From: Hypanus sabinus
Taxonomy: Eukaryota
Length of the DNA: 64,000 nt
Assembly (NCBI RefSeq): GCF_030144855.1
Contig: NC_082719.1
Span: 81,530,001 to 81,594,000 of the forward strand
Reading direction: 5' to 3'
Both the position numbers and the translations under genes were made by a program. This document shows positions 38,775 through 52,499 of this stretch, piece by piece (position 1 is the stretch's first letter; each line of letters begins with the position of its first letter). The notes under the pieces are model-generated. The model worked only from the letters and a program-made list of their open reading frames with translations, did no database searches and was not told where the DNA came from.

Positions 38775-38955
38775 TAGAAACATTAAAAAAACATACAGCA
38801 CAATGCAGGCTCTTTGGCCCACAAAGCTGTGCGGAACATGTCCCTACCTTAAAACTATCTAGGCTTTACCCATAGCCCTCTATTTTTCTAAGCTCCATGC
38901 AGCCATCCAGGAGTCTCTTAAAAGACCCTATCATTTCCGCCTCCACCACTATCGC
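38775..38955 (-). mobile_element. CR1 3' tail fragment
   Basis: Same family as 40415-40600. Confidence 0.7.
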
Positions 38956-39379
38956 TGGATGATCAAAAGATCTTCCACTTTTGATCAAATTCAGCGTAAC
39001 TTCCTTAATAGAGAGTAGAGAGGTGTTATTGGATAACAAAAGGAGTTATTTAGTATATTAATCATTAAATGCCAGTACATGTTTAAAGAAAGCAAGGCTT
39101 ATACGGTTGGAATAGAGTATTGGTGTTGACAACAGCGGTACTAAATAGGCAGTTACTACACTAGCATTCTGTACCATTCATCTGTGACATAAATTTAAAT
39201 CCTACCAAAGGCAGTTGGAGACTTTAAATTAAAGTAACTGAATAAATCTAGAACTTAAATTGTTGGTGACAGCAAATATAACAAAGAAACTGCTGTTGAT
39301 AAAACCCATCTGATCCACTAATATCCTTCAGGGAAGGAAAATACCATCCATGTTCATTTGGCCTACAGTATATATATAA

Positions 39380-39535
39380 ACGCAAAGTACACTGCAGATG
39401 CTGTGGTCAAATCAACATGTACAAACAAGCTGGATGAACTCAGCAGGTCGGGCAGCATCCATTGAAAGGAGCAGTCAACGTCAGTCCTGACGAAGGGTCT
39501 GGGCCTGAAAATGAGTTCATCCAGCTTGTTCGTAA
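39380..39535. repeat. Mini inverted repeat of Penelope tails
   Basis: AACAAGCTGGATGAACTCA ... TGAGTTCATCCAGCTTGTT; flanked by TA-rich runs. Confidence 0.75.
39482..39510 (+). ncRNA. Hammerhead core, 3'-truncated
   Basis: CAGTC-CTGACGA-AGGGTCTGGGCCT-GAAA; both core boxes intact, stem III and cleavage arm missing. Confidence 0.55.
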
Positions 39536-40414
39536 GTGTATATATATATAAAACTGCAAATGTATTAATATGATTGACATCAGTCTGCACTTCATGAATG
39601 GAGCTGAGGTTAGTTTCTACGATGGACTGCTTTCAAATCTCTGCAGTTTTATGGTCTTGGACAGAGCAGTTGCCCTATCAAGCTGTGATGCATTTGGATA
39701 AGATGTTGCTAAGCTACATCAAAAGACCCCTTCATCTCCAATCATTCTTTCTTCTCCCTTCTCCCATCAAACAGAATATACAAAAGGTGGAGAGAACAAA
39801 CCATCTGACTCAAGGACAGCTTCCATCCCACTGATATGTTACCAGCCTCACGACTGGACCTCTCGTAGATGAAAAATGAATTCTCGATCTTCCAATCTGT
39901 CTGCTTGTGACCCTTGTACTTTATTTGTCTACCTGCACTCTACTTTCTCTGTAATTGTACATAATATTCTGCATTCTTTTTTGTGTATTGCCTCAATGTA
40001 CTTAAGTAAGAAATTATCTCCCTGGATGAATTGCAAACCAAAGCTGTTCACTGTATCTTGATACATGTGACAATAATGAACAATTTCCAATCATAGTTCC
40101 ACCTTTTAACTATAAAAAAGAGACTGACTGATCAGTGCTCAACCAAGTATTTTGGACCTAGCAGGCACACATATTGATTTATCACATTCCACAAAGCATT
40201 TCTTAAACATGCCATCTTTAGAGCTAGCCTAAGTCAAATTGGATCTCTGAAAATTAAAAAAAAACTTCAGCCGCTGGAAACTTGAAATGAAAACAAAAAA
40301 TGCTAAACGCTCAGCAAGTCAGGTGGTATCTGTAGAAAGAGAAAAACACTTAAGGTTCATTTTTAAAAGTTTCTTTGACAGAGTTAGGGCATCCTGAATG
40401 ACCTCTCTCCATTT

Positions 40415-41922
40415 ATAGAAACATAGAAAACCTACAGCACAATACAGGCCCTTGGGCCCACAAAGTTGTGCCGAACATGTCCCTACCTCAGAAATGACTA
40501 GGCTTACCTATAGCCCTCTATATTTCTAAGCTCCAGGTACCTATCCAAAAGTCTCTTTAAAAAAAACACTATCGTATCCGCCTCCACCACCTTTGCCAGC
40601 AGCCCATTCCACACACTCAGCACTCTCTGAGTAAAAAACTTACCCCTGACATCTCCTCTGTACCCACTCCCCAGCACCTTAAACCTGTGTCCTCTTGTGG
40701 CAACTATTTCAGCCCTGGGAAAAAGCCTCTGACTATCCACGTGATCAATGCCTCTCATCATCTTATACACCTCTATCAGCTCACCCCTCATCCTCCATCG
40801 CTCCAAGGAGAAAAGGCCGAGTTCATTCAACCTATTCTCATAAGGTATGCTCCCCAATCCAGGCAACATCCTTGTAAATCTCCTCTGCACCCTTTCTATG
40901 GTTTCCACATCCTTCCTGTAGTAGGTGACCAGAACTGAGCACAGTACTCCAAGTGGGGTCTGACCGGGGCCCTATATAGCTGCAACATTACCTCTTGGCT
41001 CCTAAAATTCAATTCCACGATTTGATGAAGGCCAATACACCGTACGCCTCCTTAACCTGCAGAGCTCCTTTGAGCATCCTATGGACTACGACCCCAGATC
41101 CCTCTGATCCTCCACACTGCCAAGAGTCTTACCATTAATACTGTATTCTGCCATCATATTTGACCTACCAAAATGAACCACCTCACACTTATCTGGGTTG
41201 ACTCCATCTGCCACTTCTCAGCCCATATTTTGCATCCTATCAATGTCCCTCTGTAACCTCTGACAGCCCTCCACACTATCCACAATGCCCCCCAACCTTT
41301 GTGTCATCAGCAAACTTACTGACCCACCCCTCCACTTCCTCATCCAGGTCATTTATAAAAATCATGAAGAGTAAGGGTCTCGGAACAGATCTGTGAGGCA
41401 CTCCACTGGTGACTGACCTCCATGCAGAATATGACCTGTCTACAGCCACTCGTTGCCTTCTGTGGGCAAGCCAGTTCTGGATCCACAAAGCAATGTGGAT
41501 CCCGTACCTCCTTACTTTCTCAATAAGCCTTACATGGGGTATCTTATCAAATGCCTTGCTGAAATTCATATAAACTACATCTACTGCTCTTCCTTCATCA
41601 GTGTGTTTGGTCACATCCTCAAAAAATTCAATCAGGCTGGTAAAGCACGACCTGCCCCTGACAAAGCTGTGCTGACTATTCCCAATCATATTATACCTCT
41701 CCAAATGTTCATAAATCCTGCCTCTCAGGATCTTCTCTATCAACTTACCAACCACTGAGGTAGGACTCACTGATCTATAATTTCCTGGGCTATCTCTACT
41801 CCCTTTCTTGAATAAAGGAACAACATCTGCAACCCTCCAATCCTCCAGAACCTCTCTGGTCTCCATTGATGATGCAGCGACCATCGCCAGAGGCTCAGCA
41901 ATCGCCTCCCTTGCCTCCCACT
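40415..41922 (-). mobile_element. CR1 LINE, 5'-truncated RT and 3' end
   Basis: DWRVADVVPLFKKG, YMNFSKAFD, KFADDTKVGG, ERVQRRFTRMLPG. Confidence 0.92.
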
Positions 41923-42053
41923 ATGGCAAAGCATTTTATATTAACCACAATGGTTAACAACCTGAGCTGTAATTTTATTTTTAATATATACGTTTTAAGG
42001 TTTGGTTTTTTTTTCAGCTGATGAAAATGATTCTGTTTTGATTTTCACACCAG

Positions 42054-42159
42054 GGGTTGTCAGAATGGCTTAGTTTATGTTTGGACACTACCACAAGGTG
42101 GCACTGCAGTTTCGTTGCCAAACTTCTTGCCTTCTGATGTACAAGGAAAGCAAATTGAG
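42054..42159 (+). CDS. HERC1: HERC1-like exon 11: VGCQNGLVYVWTLPQGGTAVSLPNFLPSDVQGKQIE
   Basis: caccag acceptor, GAG|gtgagg donor, phase 2-0. Confidence 0.88.
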
Positions 42160-42320
42160 GTGAGGGAAGAAAGTTACATTATGATCTGTGGGATGGATCT
42201 TTTGGGCAGGAATTTATCTTAATCTGCAAAGATAAAGATTGAATATTGAATAGAAGTTTAAATCAAAGTAATATTCTGTACTGTAGGAACCTTTTTAACC
42301 TAACTTTTTATTTATTGTAG

Positions 42321-42467
42321 GACAGATTTCAGTTCAGAGGTAGAGCCAAGTGTATATTTCGTCTCAATGCTCACATAACTGCAGTGGTAGCGGTGTCCTT
42401 CAGTCCCAGTGGATTAGCACTTTTGTCTGGAGGAATTGGAGGGTTGATAAATATTTGGTCTATGCAG
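42321..42467 (+). CDS. HERC1: HERC1-like exon 12 (WD40): DRFQFRGRAKCIFRLNAHITAVVAVSFSPSGLALLSGGIGGLINIWSMQ
   Basis: ttgtag acceptor, CAG|gtaagg donor, phase 0-0. Confidence 0.92.
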
Positions 42468-43074
42468 GTAAGGATTTTGCTGCAGTTTAATTTTGAAATT
42501 TACTTACTAAAAGATGAAGGGTGTACAAAACTTAGGACAAGTGAGAAGTAAAGATCTTGTTAATATTGTAAAGATTTTGTTAATATTTAAACTTGTTGTT
42601 TTTATAAACTTATAAATGTTTCAAGCCCACCTTTTTTCAGTACCTGACAATCTTTTGAAAGTTTATGCTAAATCAATGGTTTTTTGGGCTGTAGTTCCTT
42701 TGACCATCTCATTTTGACTCCATATAAAACAGAAGATAAATCAATTTTTTGTTCAATTTCAGGCTAGCAGGGAACTCTTGCCCACAGAATGCAAGTTTGT
42801 TTGACCAATATTTTAATAGTTTTTGTAAATAACAAACCAGATTTCTTCCTTTGTGTTCTGTCAGAAGAGGAAATTAAACCAAGTTAAGATTGTTAAAGCA
42901 TGTTGAAGTGGAATATGGCCAGTTCAACTACAAAATTCAACAATACACAGGGCCAGACACCTCACTTGCTACAGAATCGTCCTGAAGCCCACAGAAGTTT
43001 TTTCTTAGTGTCCATAGGACATATATGAGGGAGGGAGGGTATAGAAAAGAGTTGGCTTTGCTGCATAAACATCA

Positions 43075-43200
43075 TAAACACAGAAGATTCTACAGATGTG
43101 AGAAATCCATAGTAAAACATAGAAAATGATGGAGGAACTCAGCAGTTTGGGCAATATCAGTTAATATATCAGGCTGAACCCCTTCATCAGGACTGGGATT
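43075..43200 (-). mobile_element. Solo Penelope tail with hammerhead motif
   Basis: Reverse strand CAGTC-CTGATGA-AGGGGTTCAGCCT-GATAT-ATT-AACTG at 43158-43195. Confidence 0.65.
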
Positions 43201-43959
43201 CCAGTGGGGATTTGACCCTTAGGAGCCAGCTAGTGTCATTGGCAGACATGGAATGTGACAGTGATGGTGTTAATGTTGGTTCAGACAATCATTAGTGAAC
43301 ATGAGTCAGGAGGTAAATGGGTGGGAAATAGGACATAAAACAGTACAGCACAGTATGGGTCTTTTGGCCCATGCACCATACCCCGTACGCCTCCATTCTT
43401 CTTTCATGTGTGTACATGAGAGTCTCTTAAGTATCCTTAATATATCTTTCCAAAACAATAAGAGAGATTAGTTTTTTCAGAAATGGAACAAATTGTTGGA
43501 AACACCAAATAGGTCTGTGGAAAGGGAGGACAGAATTAAAATTTCACGTGCAAGGCCCTTGCTATGATTGGTTCATTGTAATAGTCATGTTAGATGATAG
43601 CTGGAAGTGTGGTGAAAGTGGGGATCATGGTTGCTGGTGAAGAGACGGGGCCTGAGTGAGTGCCACCTCAATGGATAAGTAAAGAAAATCTTCCTGCATC
43701 AGGCTACCAGCACTAAACAGTTACCAGCACTGGTTGGTCTTTAAGTTGACAAGGATGTTCACTTCTGCACAAGCAACCCACATTATGCGATGACCAAGAT
43801 CCTAGAACTGGCCTCCGGGGTGGTTTGTAAGTGACTGCATTTGTGAAAGCAAATCTGATTGCAAGATCCACTATTTCCTTTGAAATTGTTTTTATTGAAA
43901 TTAATTTGTGTTTCAAAAATACTGTTCCATATAAGCAAAATTGCAAATCTGCCTTGAGC

Positions 43960-44185
43960 CACACACAAAAGAGCTAGAGGAGCTCATTGGGTCAGGCAGC
44001 ATCAATGAAGGGAAATGAGCAGATGATATTTCTGGTCAAGACAATTCATCTAGAGTTCAGATGGAAGGTGTAGACCCAAAATGCTGTTTGTCCATATTCC
44101 TCTATAGATGCTGACTGACCTGCTGAATTCTTCCAGCTGGTTTGTGTGTTGTTTCACATCTCCAGCATCTGCAGTCTCTTGTATC
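43960..44185. repeat. Decayed inverted pair of Penelope tails
   Basis: acacacaaaagagctagaggagctca..gtcaggcagcatc / gatgctgactgacc..gaattcttccagctggtttgtgtgt. Confidence 0.6.
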
Positions 44186-44323
44186 TCCAGATCTACCTTG
44201 ATATTATTTTTCTTTTGGAGCTTTTGGAAGTTACATTTCAAAATAAATGTTATATGTAAATATTAAATCAAGCACTTGTTAATTAAGAACAAATGTATCT
44301 GTTTTTTCTTTCTTTCCTCTCAG

Positions 44324-44425
44324 GATGGTTCAGTTCTGCAGACTGTAGTAACTGGTCTAGGGTCAATAGTCGGAATAGCCTGGATTCCAGACATTGGAGT
44401 AGCAGTTTGCTCCAGCAGAGCGAAG
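44324..44425 (+). CDS. HERC1: HERC1-like exon 13: DGSVLQTVVTGLGSIVGIAWIPDIGVAVCSSRAK
   Basis: ctctcag acceptor, AAG|gtcagt donor, phase 0-0. Confidence 0.92.
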
Positions 44426-44626
44426 GTCAGTTGGTTATAATTATTTAAGTTGATCACTAAAGAAGCAAGTTCAGTATTACAATGTGAAGCTTTATATTTG
44501 TGAATACTACAACAGAATTCTACCACTCAAAGCCAAGGATTTATGTAATTTTAAAGTGCAGTCACTGTCACACCCAATTTCCACACAGATCCCACAAACA
44601 GCAAGATGTGTTAAGAGAATGTTGAT

Positions 44627-46340
44627 TGATGCCTCCCTCCCAGATGCGCTGAATAACTTCTACACCCAGTTTGAGGTGGAAAATGACGTGGCGGCAAAGA
44701 AGTCCATCCCTCCTACAAATGACCATGTGCTGTGTCTCTCCATGGCCGACGTGAGCAAAACCCTGTGCAGGGTCAACCCACGGAAGGCTGCTGGACCAGA
44801 CAACATCCCTGGTAGAGTGCTCAGAGGATGTGCAGACCAGCTAGCAGATGTTCTCACTGACATCTTCAACATCTGCCTGACCAACACCGCTGTTCCAACT
44901 TGCTTTAAGGCTGCCACCATCGTCCCTGTGCCGAAGAAGTCTTCAGTGTCCTTCCTAAATGACTACCGTCCTGTTGCACTTACATCCATCATCATGAAGT
45001 GTTTCGAGAGGCTCGTCATGAGGCATATCAAGACCCTGCTGTCCCCCTCACTGGACCCCCTGCAGTTTGCGTACAGTCCCAACCGCTCAACAGATGACGC
45101 CATTGCCACCACCCTCCACCTGGCCCTAACCCACCTGGACAAAAAAGACACATACGTTCGAATACTGTTCATGGACTTCAGTTCAGCATTCAACACAATC
45201 ATCCCTCAGAAACTGATTGGAAAGCTGAGCCTACTGGGCCTGAACACCTCCCTCTGCAATTGCAATCTAGACTTCCTGACTGGGAGACCTCAGTAAGTCC
45301 GGATCTGGAGCAACATCTCCAACACCATCACACTGAACACGGGGCCCCCCTAGGGCTGTGTGCTCAGTTCACTGCTGTTCACTCTGCTGACCCACAACTG
45401 TGCTGCTCGAACCACATCATCAAGTTCACTGATGACACAACCGTGGTGGGTCTCATCAGCAAGAACGACGAGTCAGCTTACAGAGAGGAGGTGCAGCGGC
45501 TAACGGACTGGTGCAGAGCCAGCAACCCATCTCTGTATGTGAACAAAACAAAAGAGATGGTTGTTGACTTCAGGAGGGCACAGAGCAACCACTCCCTGCT
45601 GAACATCAACGGCTCCTTGGTAGAAATCATTAAGAGCACCAAATTTCTTGCTGGCAGAGAATCTCACCTGGTCCCTCAACACCAGCTCCATAGCAAAGAA
45701 AGCCCAGCAGCATCTCTACTTTCTGCGAAAGCTGAGGAAAGTCCATCTCCTACCCCCCATTCTCATCACATTCTACAGGGGTTGTATTGAGAACACCCTG
45801 AGCAGTTGCATCACTGCCTGGTTCGGAAATTGCACCATCTCAGATCACAAAACCCTGCAGCGGATAGTGAGGTCAGCTGAGAAGATGTTCAGGGTCTCTC
45901 TTCCCACCATCACAGACATTTACGCTACACGCTGCATCCGTAAAGTAAACAGCATTGTGAAGGACCTCATGCACCCCTCATACAATCTCTTCTCCCTCCT
46001 GCCGTCTGGGAAAAGGCTCCGAAGCATTCGGGCTCTCACAACCAGACTATATAACACTTACTTCCCCAAAACTGTCAGACTCCTCAATACCTAGAGCTTG
46101 GACTGACACCTTGCCCTATTGTCCTGTTTATTATTTATTGTAATGCCTGCACTGTTTTTGTGCATTTTACACAGTCCTGTGTAGGTCTGTAGTCCAGTGT
46201 AGCTTTCTCTGTTTTTTTTACGTATTTCAGTCTAGTTTTTGTACTGTCATGTAACATCATAGTCCTGAAAAACATCTCATTTTTACTATGTACTGTACCA
46301 GCAGTTATGGTCAAAATGACAATAAAAATGACGACTTGAC
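44627..46340 (+). mobile_element. Rex1/Babar LINE, RT region and 3' end
   Basis: [45 protein letters not shown]; tail aataaaaatgacgacttgac. Confidence 0.92.
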
Positions 46341-46384
46341 GATAATTTTTGGGTATTATCTCAAGAAAACTGGACTTTATATGT

Positions 46385-46550
46385 GTGCCTAATAATGTAG
46401 ATGGATAATCAGTCAAGCTTGTGGCAGTATCTCAATGCATAAAAAATATGCAGACATGGTGAGGAGGTTCAGTTGTTGTTAAGTGACTTTGACCATGGAA
46501 TAATTGTTGGTGCCAGAAGGGGTGGTCTGAGTATCTCAGAAACTTCTGTT
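46385..46550 (+). mobile_element. Fragment of the Tc1-like family seen at 59741-60300
   Basis: LSDFDHGIIVGARRGGLSISETS transposase N-terminus. Confidence 0.65.
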
Positions 46551-47437
46551 AATTATCAGAGCATGTTTACAGCATACAACCTGAAATACTTGCCTTCGCA
46601 GACATCCATGAGAAACAGAAGAACCCCATAGGAATGAACAACAGAAAAACGTTAGAACCCCAAAGCCCCCTTCCCTACACAAGTAGCGTCAACGTATCAA
46701 CATTCTATCTTCCCCCACCCATTTCAGCAAAAAGTTTCAGCACCCACCACCCTCCAACCAACAGCAAAGCACACAAAAAGAGCCCATGATCTGCAGTCAA
46801 CAGAAGTTATTGTTTACCCAATGTTTTGACATGCCACGGGCTCTCTTGCTCACTTACAAGGTACGGTGAGATATCACACATTTTCACAGCAAAAGGAAAG
46901 ATTGACAGTTGCTGTTACAATATTACAGTCTGCTGCATCACTTTTCGTTACATCTGCCACAGCGAAATCCTGCCCGTCAGTTTCATGTTTTACACTGAAG
47001 TGGCAATCTCACAGTGAAGAAATTCAGGAATCAAGACTGTATGAACAAGATGACCAAATAGGTATTGTCTTAATTGATCAGACTGAATGAATCATGAAAG
47101 AAAAGATTTTAAAGCAAGACAAGAAATTGATTATAGAACATACTTGCTAGGTCTAGAGTAATGAGAGATGGTCAATTCCAAAACAATGATTCCCCAGAGT
47201 AATTTTAGTGAAAGAATGCTGTTTAAGGCAGTGTTACGGAAATTCTTCAACTTAAGGTGTAGATTATCTTTAGAAGACAAATAAAATATTGCAATAATGA
47301 TCTTTGCCTTTGGACACAGGAATGTCAGAAGAAATTTTTTTTAACTATAAATTTGAAAGTAATAGTGGTCTTGACACAGTTTCAGCACATGTGTGAGAAA
47401 ATTGTCCAAATTCTAAATGTATGTCCTTTCTTGATAG

Positions 47438-47611
47438 GATGTCCTTCTAATCAGATGTTCACCAGAGTGGATGTCTCAGAACCACATCTTGCCATCGTGT
47501 CGAATGGCTCTTAGAGCACAGGGGATTATAGGACTGAATAAGGCTCCATGTATGAAGGTTTTTATTGAAAGACTACCTTTGCTCCTGCGTGCCCAATATG
47601 CATATGAAAAG
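47438..47611 (+). CDS. HERC1: HERC1-like exon 14: DVLLIRCSPEWMSQNHILPSCRMALRAQGIIGLNKAPCMKVFIERLPLLLRAQYAYEK
   Basis: gatag acceptor, AAG|gtaata donor, phase 0-0. Confidence 0.92.
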
Positions 47612-48001
47612 GTAATATTCGATTTTGGTTTGTATATAGGTATATAAATTAAGCTGGATAACATCTTATGAATTAAATATGATTGCATTGTGCAATTATT
47701 TGTTCCATTTCTCTGCCTTAATCTTGGACTGACTTCTGTGTTTAGTTTTCAACTCCTTCTAGGTCGGAAGTGGAGGAAATTCTGAAAATACTTAGTGGGT
47801 CAGACAGCATCAGTGGATAGAGAACTAGCTGGCGTTTCAGGTCTTCTCAGAGTAGGACCATCATGAATGTGTCTGAAGTTTTTGCTAATCCACTCAATAA
47901 CTCACATTATTTTTTCCCCAGCACGCTAAATATTTTCTCCAGGTTTGTACAATGGGATCATGAAATCCAATCAAGATAGTTTTTTTTGTATCAGTATAGA
48001 G

Positions 48002-48292
48002 CAGGGGTTCTTAACCTTTTTTATGCCATGTCCCCCTTGGGCTGCCTAGTGAAGCCAATGGACCCATTCTCAGAATAATGTATTTAAATATATGAAATAA
48101 AATATTTGTGGTTTTTATTGGTTACAAAGTTACAGGTACTGTTAATATTACTGGTTTGTTACATACATTCATAAGTGAAGGAAATGCAAAATTTTTGTTA
48201 GAGGTTAGTGAAAATAGCGATGTAATGTTTTTCCCCTCCAAGTTCACAGACACTCTGGAATCTATCCACAGACCACAGGTTAAGAACCTCTG
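48002..48292. mobile_element. hAT-Charlie non-autonomous element (MER119-like)
   Basis: TIRs CAGGGGTTCTTAACCT / AGGTTAAGAACCTCTG; perfect 8-bp TSD GTATAGAG (47994-48001, 48293-48300). Confidence 0.92.
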
Positions 48293-49704
48293 GTATAGAG
48301 GAACCAATTTGAGAATGGGCTCTTTTAGATCTAATCATGTGCAGATGAATAGGATCAGCTAATCACATTGTAGTAAAGGAGTTTTCTGAGGAAGGCTGAA
48401 TTTTTGTTAAAAGATTTTTATATTGATAGTGGAATGATTGAAATAAGTTCAAAGCTATGTTCTTAAGTTAGAAATAGAGCAAAGAAGGTTTGTTAGTCAG
48501 GTAGATAGGAGAGACCGGTGAATGGAGTTATTTATATTGGATGATATGTGACTGAATATTTTTAAAAATTCAGGATTAGCATAGTTTATGAATTGGTCTA
48601 TTTGCATAGAGCAAATAATGGTTATAACCATTGGTATACCTTGCATTACTTTAACCTCAGTAATTATATAATATTGATCTGGATGAAGTGAACCCAGATA
48701 ACACATTTCATTTGCTGAGCACACAAATTGCTGGAAGAAGCCTTGTGGTAAACCAAAAAAATCTGCAAAGCAAAGTAAACATTTCAGTAAGCTGGCAAAG
48801 ATGAGCCACATCAAAGTGTGGAGAGAATAGAAGTAAAAAAAATCTGTTTTTCTCTGTGATGAAATTCTAATAAATGATGGTATTCAAACGGCCAAGAGTA
48901 TCTTTGTGCAAGAAATTATCATATACTGCAAGCAATTTTGAAAGGCATTGGACTAGAGTATATTAAGGGTATTAGTATAATTATCTGAAAATAAAAAAAG
49001 TGCAAAGGTTGCAATCCTAAAATGGAAAGAAACCACTGAAAATTCTCAATAGGCAAGTCACATCTCTGTGAAGAGAAATGGCACATGTTTTAGCTTAAAG
49101 ACCCTGCTAGAAAGCCTTAAAAAGATGAAGCAATTTATGGAATTCAATTGCATTCATTTCTGATTCTCCATTATAGAAAGGATAGGGAAATTTTAGAGAA
49201 GGTACAGAAGTTTTACAGAGGTGTTACCTGGATTAGAGAGCCTGTGCTATAAGGAGAGGTTGCACAAACTTGGGTTGTTTTCGCTGGAGTAGCAGAGGCT
49301 GAGGGGAGACATGATAGCAGTTTATCAGATTTTGAGAGGCATAGATAAGATGAAAGGGATTAAGTTCAAAGGAGATGTGGAGGCAAGATTTTTTTACACA
49401 GGTGGATGCCATTATGGGGGAATATGAACATTGGCCAAAAGGGACTGCTTCATTTAGGCTTTCAATTACTAGTTTAATTCACCACAACATTGTAGATAAG
49501 CAGCCTGTTCCTCTGCTATGTTATATGGGAATGAGGGTGGATTTGGCTCTGGGAACTTGGAACCAAAAGTTTAACTTGGACACTGGGTTTAGAAACATTG
49601 ATCCAAGACAGAATTAATAGTTGCCTGGAGGAAAATAGATTAGCAAAGTCCTTCACTAATCAGTTAAGGACAAGTTGTGTTTAACCTTGATACAATTTAT
49701 TTAA

Positions 49705-50745
49705 TGGTAAATTGATTTATTATTGCCACTTGTACTGAGGTACAGTGAAAATCTTGTCTTGCATACCATTCATACAAATCATTTAATTACAACTGTACAT
49801 TGAGGTAGTACAGGGTTAAACATAATGGAATGCAGATTAAAGTGCTACAGTTCCAGAGGAAGTCCAGTGCAGTTAGACATTAAGTTGCAAAGTCATTACA
49901 ACATAGATTTTAAGGTCAAGAGACTGTCTCATTGTAGTAGGAAACAATGCAATAGTCTTACCGCAGTGGGTTAGAAGCCGTCCTTGAGCCTGGTAATACA
50001 TACTTTCAGGCTTTTGTATCATCTGCCTGATGGGAAGGGAAAGAACAGTGAATGTCTGGGGTGGGTGACTATGTTGGCTGCTTTATCGAGGCAACAAAAA
50101 GTGCAGGCAGAGTCCACAAAGGGAAGCAGATCTCTGTAATCTGCTAAACTATGTTCACTACCCTCTGCAGCTTCTTGGGGTCACAGGCAGAGCAGTTGCC
50201 ATACCAAGGTATGGTGCATCCTGATAGGATGTTTTCTGTAGTGTAATGATAAAAATTGGTGAGGTCAAAAGGGTCATGCCAAATTTCTTTAGCCTCCAAA
50301 GGAAGTAGAGAGGTGGTAATGAGCTTTCTCATCCATGCCATCTACATGGTTGTAGTAGAACAGACTATTGGTGATTTTCACTCCAAGGAACTTGAAGTTC
50401 TCAACCTCAACACTATTAATGTAAGAAAGAGCCTCTATGCCTTCCTGAAGGCTCTTTAGTTTTGATGACATTGAGAGAAAGTTGGTTGTCACAACACATT
50501 GTCACTAGGTTCCCTGTCTCCTCCTTTTATTCCGACTCATCATTATTTGAGTTGGGACCAACTAGAGTGGTGTAATCTACAAACTTGTAAACAGAGTTAG
50601 TGTAGAATTTGGCCACATAGTTATGAGCGTATAGGGAATCGAGTAGGGAGTTGAAGACGCAGCCTTGTGGGTTAGCAATGTTGAAAATAATGTTGACAGA
50701 GGTGTTGCCGCCTATTTTTACTGATTGTGGTCTGCTGGTCAAGAA
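49705..50745 (-). mobile_element. Rex1/Babar LINE, 5'-truncated
   Basis: FLTSRPQSVKIG, PQGCVFNSLL, KFVDYTTLVG, FKFLGVKI. Confidence 0.8.
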
Positions 50746-51278
50746 GGATGATAAGGTGCCAAATAGCATGTTTATCAGCATAATTGAGGCATGTGGCATT
50801 AAAGGAACTTTAATAGCATGAATACAAGATGGGTGAAAGTACTGGACAAGAGAGCTTTGTGGTTGCTTTTGAGATTGGATTGGAGTGCAGTTGCATTCTT
50901 TAGGGATTGATATTGGGACCATCAGCTCTATTTCATCTAAACTTGAGGAAAGGGTTGGAGAAATATAAGGCACAATTTCTAAATCTGCAGATGGCACAAA
51001 CTCCGTGGTATTGTGAACTATAGAAGGAATTGTGCTCTATTTCACTGTAATACTACATCTTATTTGCTTTTATATATGCACATCAGCTCTCTTTTGGTTC
51101 TTTTTGCCATGAGTCTGCACGAAGGAATGGCCTGGCATATGGGAGGATACTGGAGCATTCAGCAATAAGCCATACTGTCAGACTGAAATGAAGCTCTGTG
51201 CGAAACCTGGTCAGGAGCTGTGAGTCATGCTGCCCTGTGCAGGTTTAGCAGAACAGTTTGAGAGCAAATTAAGGTATA

Positions 51279-51560
51279 CAGCACAGTAACGTAGTGTTTA
51301 GCACAATGCTTTACAGTATAGGCAACTCGGGTTCATTTCCCACCACTGCCTGTAAGGAGTTTGTATGTTCTCCCCCTGACTGTGTGGGTTTCCTCCAGAT
51401 ACTCTGGTTTCCTCCCACAGCCCAAAGATGTACTGGTTAGTAGGGTAATTGGGTCATTGTAAATTGTCCCGTGATTAGGCTCAAATTAAAATCGGGACTG
51501 CTGGGCGGCGTGGCTCGAAGGGCCAGAAGAGCCTATTTCGCACGGTATCTCAATAAATAA
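51279..51560 (+). mobile_element. tRNA-derived V-SINE
   Basis: B-box-like gggttcatttcc; V domain gtgggtttcctccagatactctggtttcctcccaca; tail caataaataaa. Confidence 0.78.
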
Positions 51561-52499
51561 ATTCTGACTTTATCAATAAAGACCTGGAATGTGAAAGCAG
51601 GGAAGTTATACTGAACCTTTTTTACTTATGCACTGCATAAAGCTACATATTAATACTGGTTAATTTCTCAGCATTCTTTTTTCACAGGTACATTTATCAT
51701 ATTTATCTCTGGGGCCAGTTCAGAATCAAGAATAATTAACTTGAGCAGTTAATAACTTGACGTCCGGTTCCACAGCTCAGTGCAGATAATTAGTAAATTC
51801 TGACTGGTGCAAGAGCCCAGAAGAAGTCCTTTCTAGAATAATGTATGTGTGAACTAGGTTCCATTAAACGTACTTACCATTATGTTCATCAATAAAAATA
51901 AGAATAGTTTCTTGGCTATATGAGCAAGAATGACACTTAAGGTTGTGATGGGCTTGGTGTGGATTCTGAATTAATTTGTAGCCAACAAAATGGTCCTTTT
52001 CTAAGGGTATCTTGCTTTTAGAAAGTCTGAACTATTGGTTGAACACCAAGAAATACAGTTGATTACTCATCTTTTTTAAATATTTCTAAAGTTTATGGAA
52101 AATTGTGGGCAGCACATTGGGTGGGTTTTCATTTATACACCCCATGAGAAAAACAAACTCTGGAAGAAAGTCACTTTGGCAGTAGTACCGAAAAGTTATC
52201 TTTATAGTGCATTTGATGGGGATGAAATAATGTAGATTAATTTTAAGTCAAAACCTAGGAATTTTCACTGGACAATTAGATAGCTTTTTTAAATACAGAA
52301 ATAACAAAATAATTAAACTATAACAGTGTGAAATGTTTGCATGATGACCTATCTGATTTAGTGGTGGAAATAAAGACTGCAGTTTGCTTTACTAAGTAAA
52401 TAGATCTTTCAGTAAATTATCGGAGACCATGGCAGCTGTTGATAACAGTTAATCAAAGTACAAATAAAATTCAGGTGTTTTGAATTTTTTTCCTTCCAG

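Noticed and set aside
44484-44626. N-terminus of the 270-aa ORF as a domesticated RT gene
   Set aside because: No ATG start; upstream part is unrelated intron, and the RT is broken by stops and frameshifts after 45296.
51180-51215. CTGAAATGAAGC..GCGAAAC hammerhead look-alike and a nearby TGAGTCA AP-1 word
   Set aside because: Core spacing is wrong, stem II is only 2 bp, no Penelope-tail context; a single 7-mer is expected by chance.
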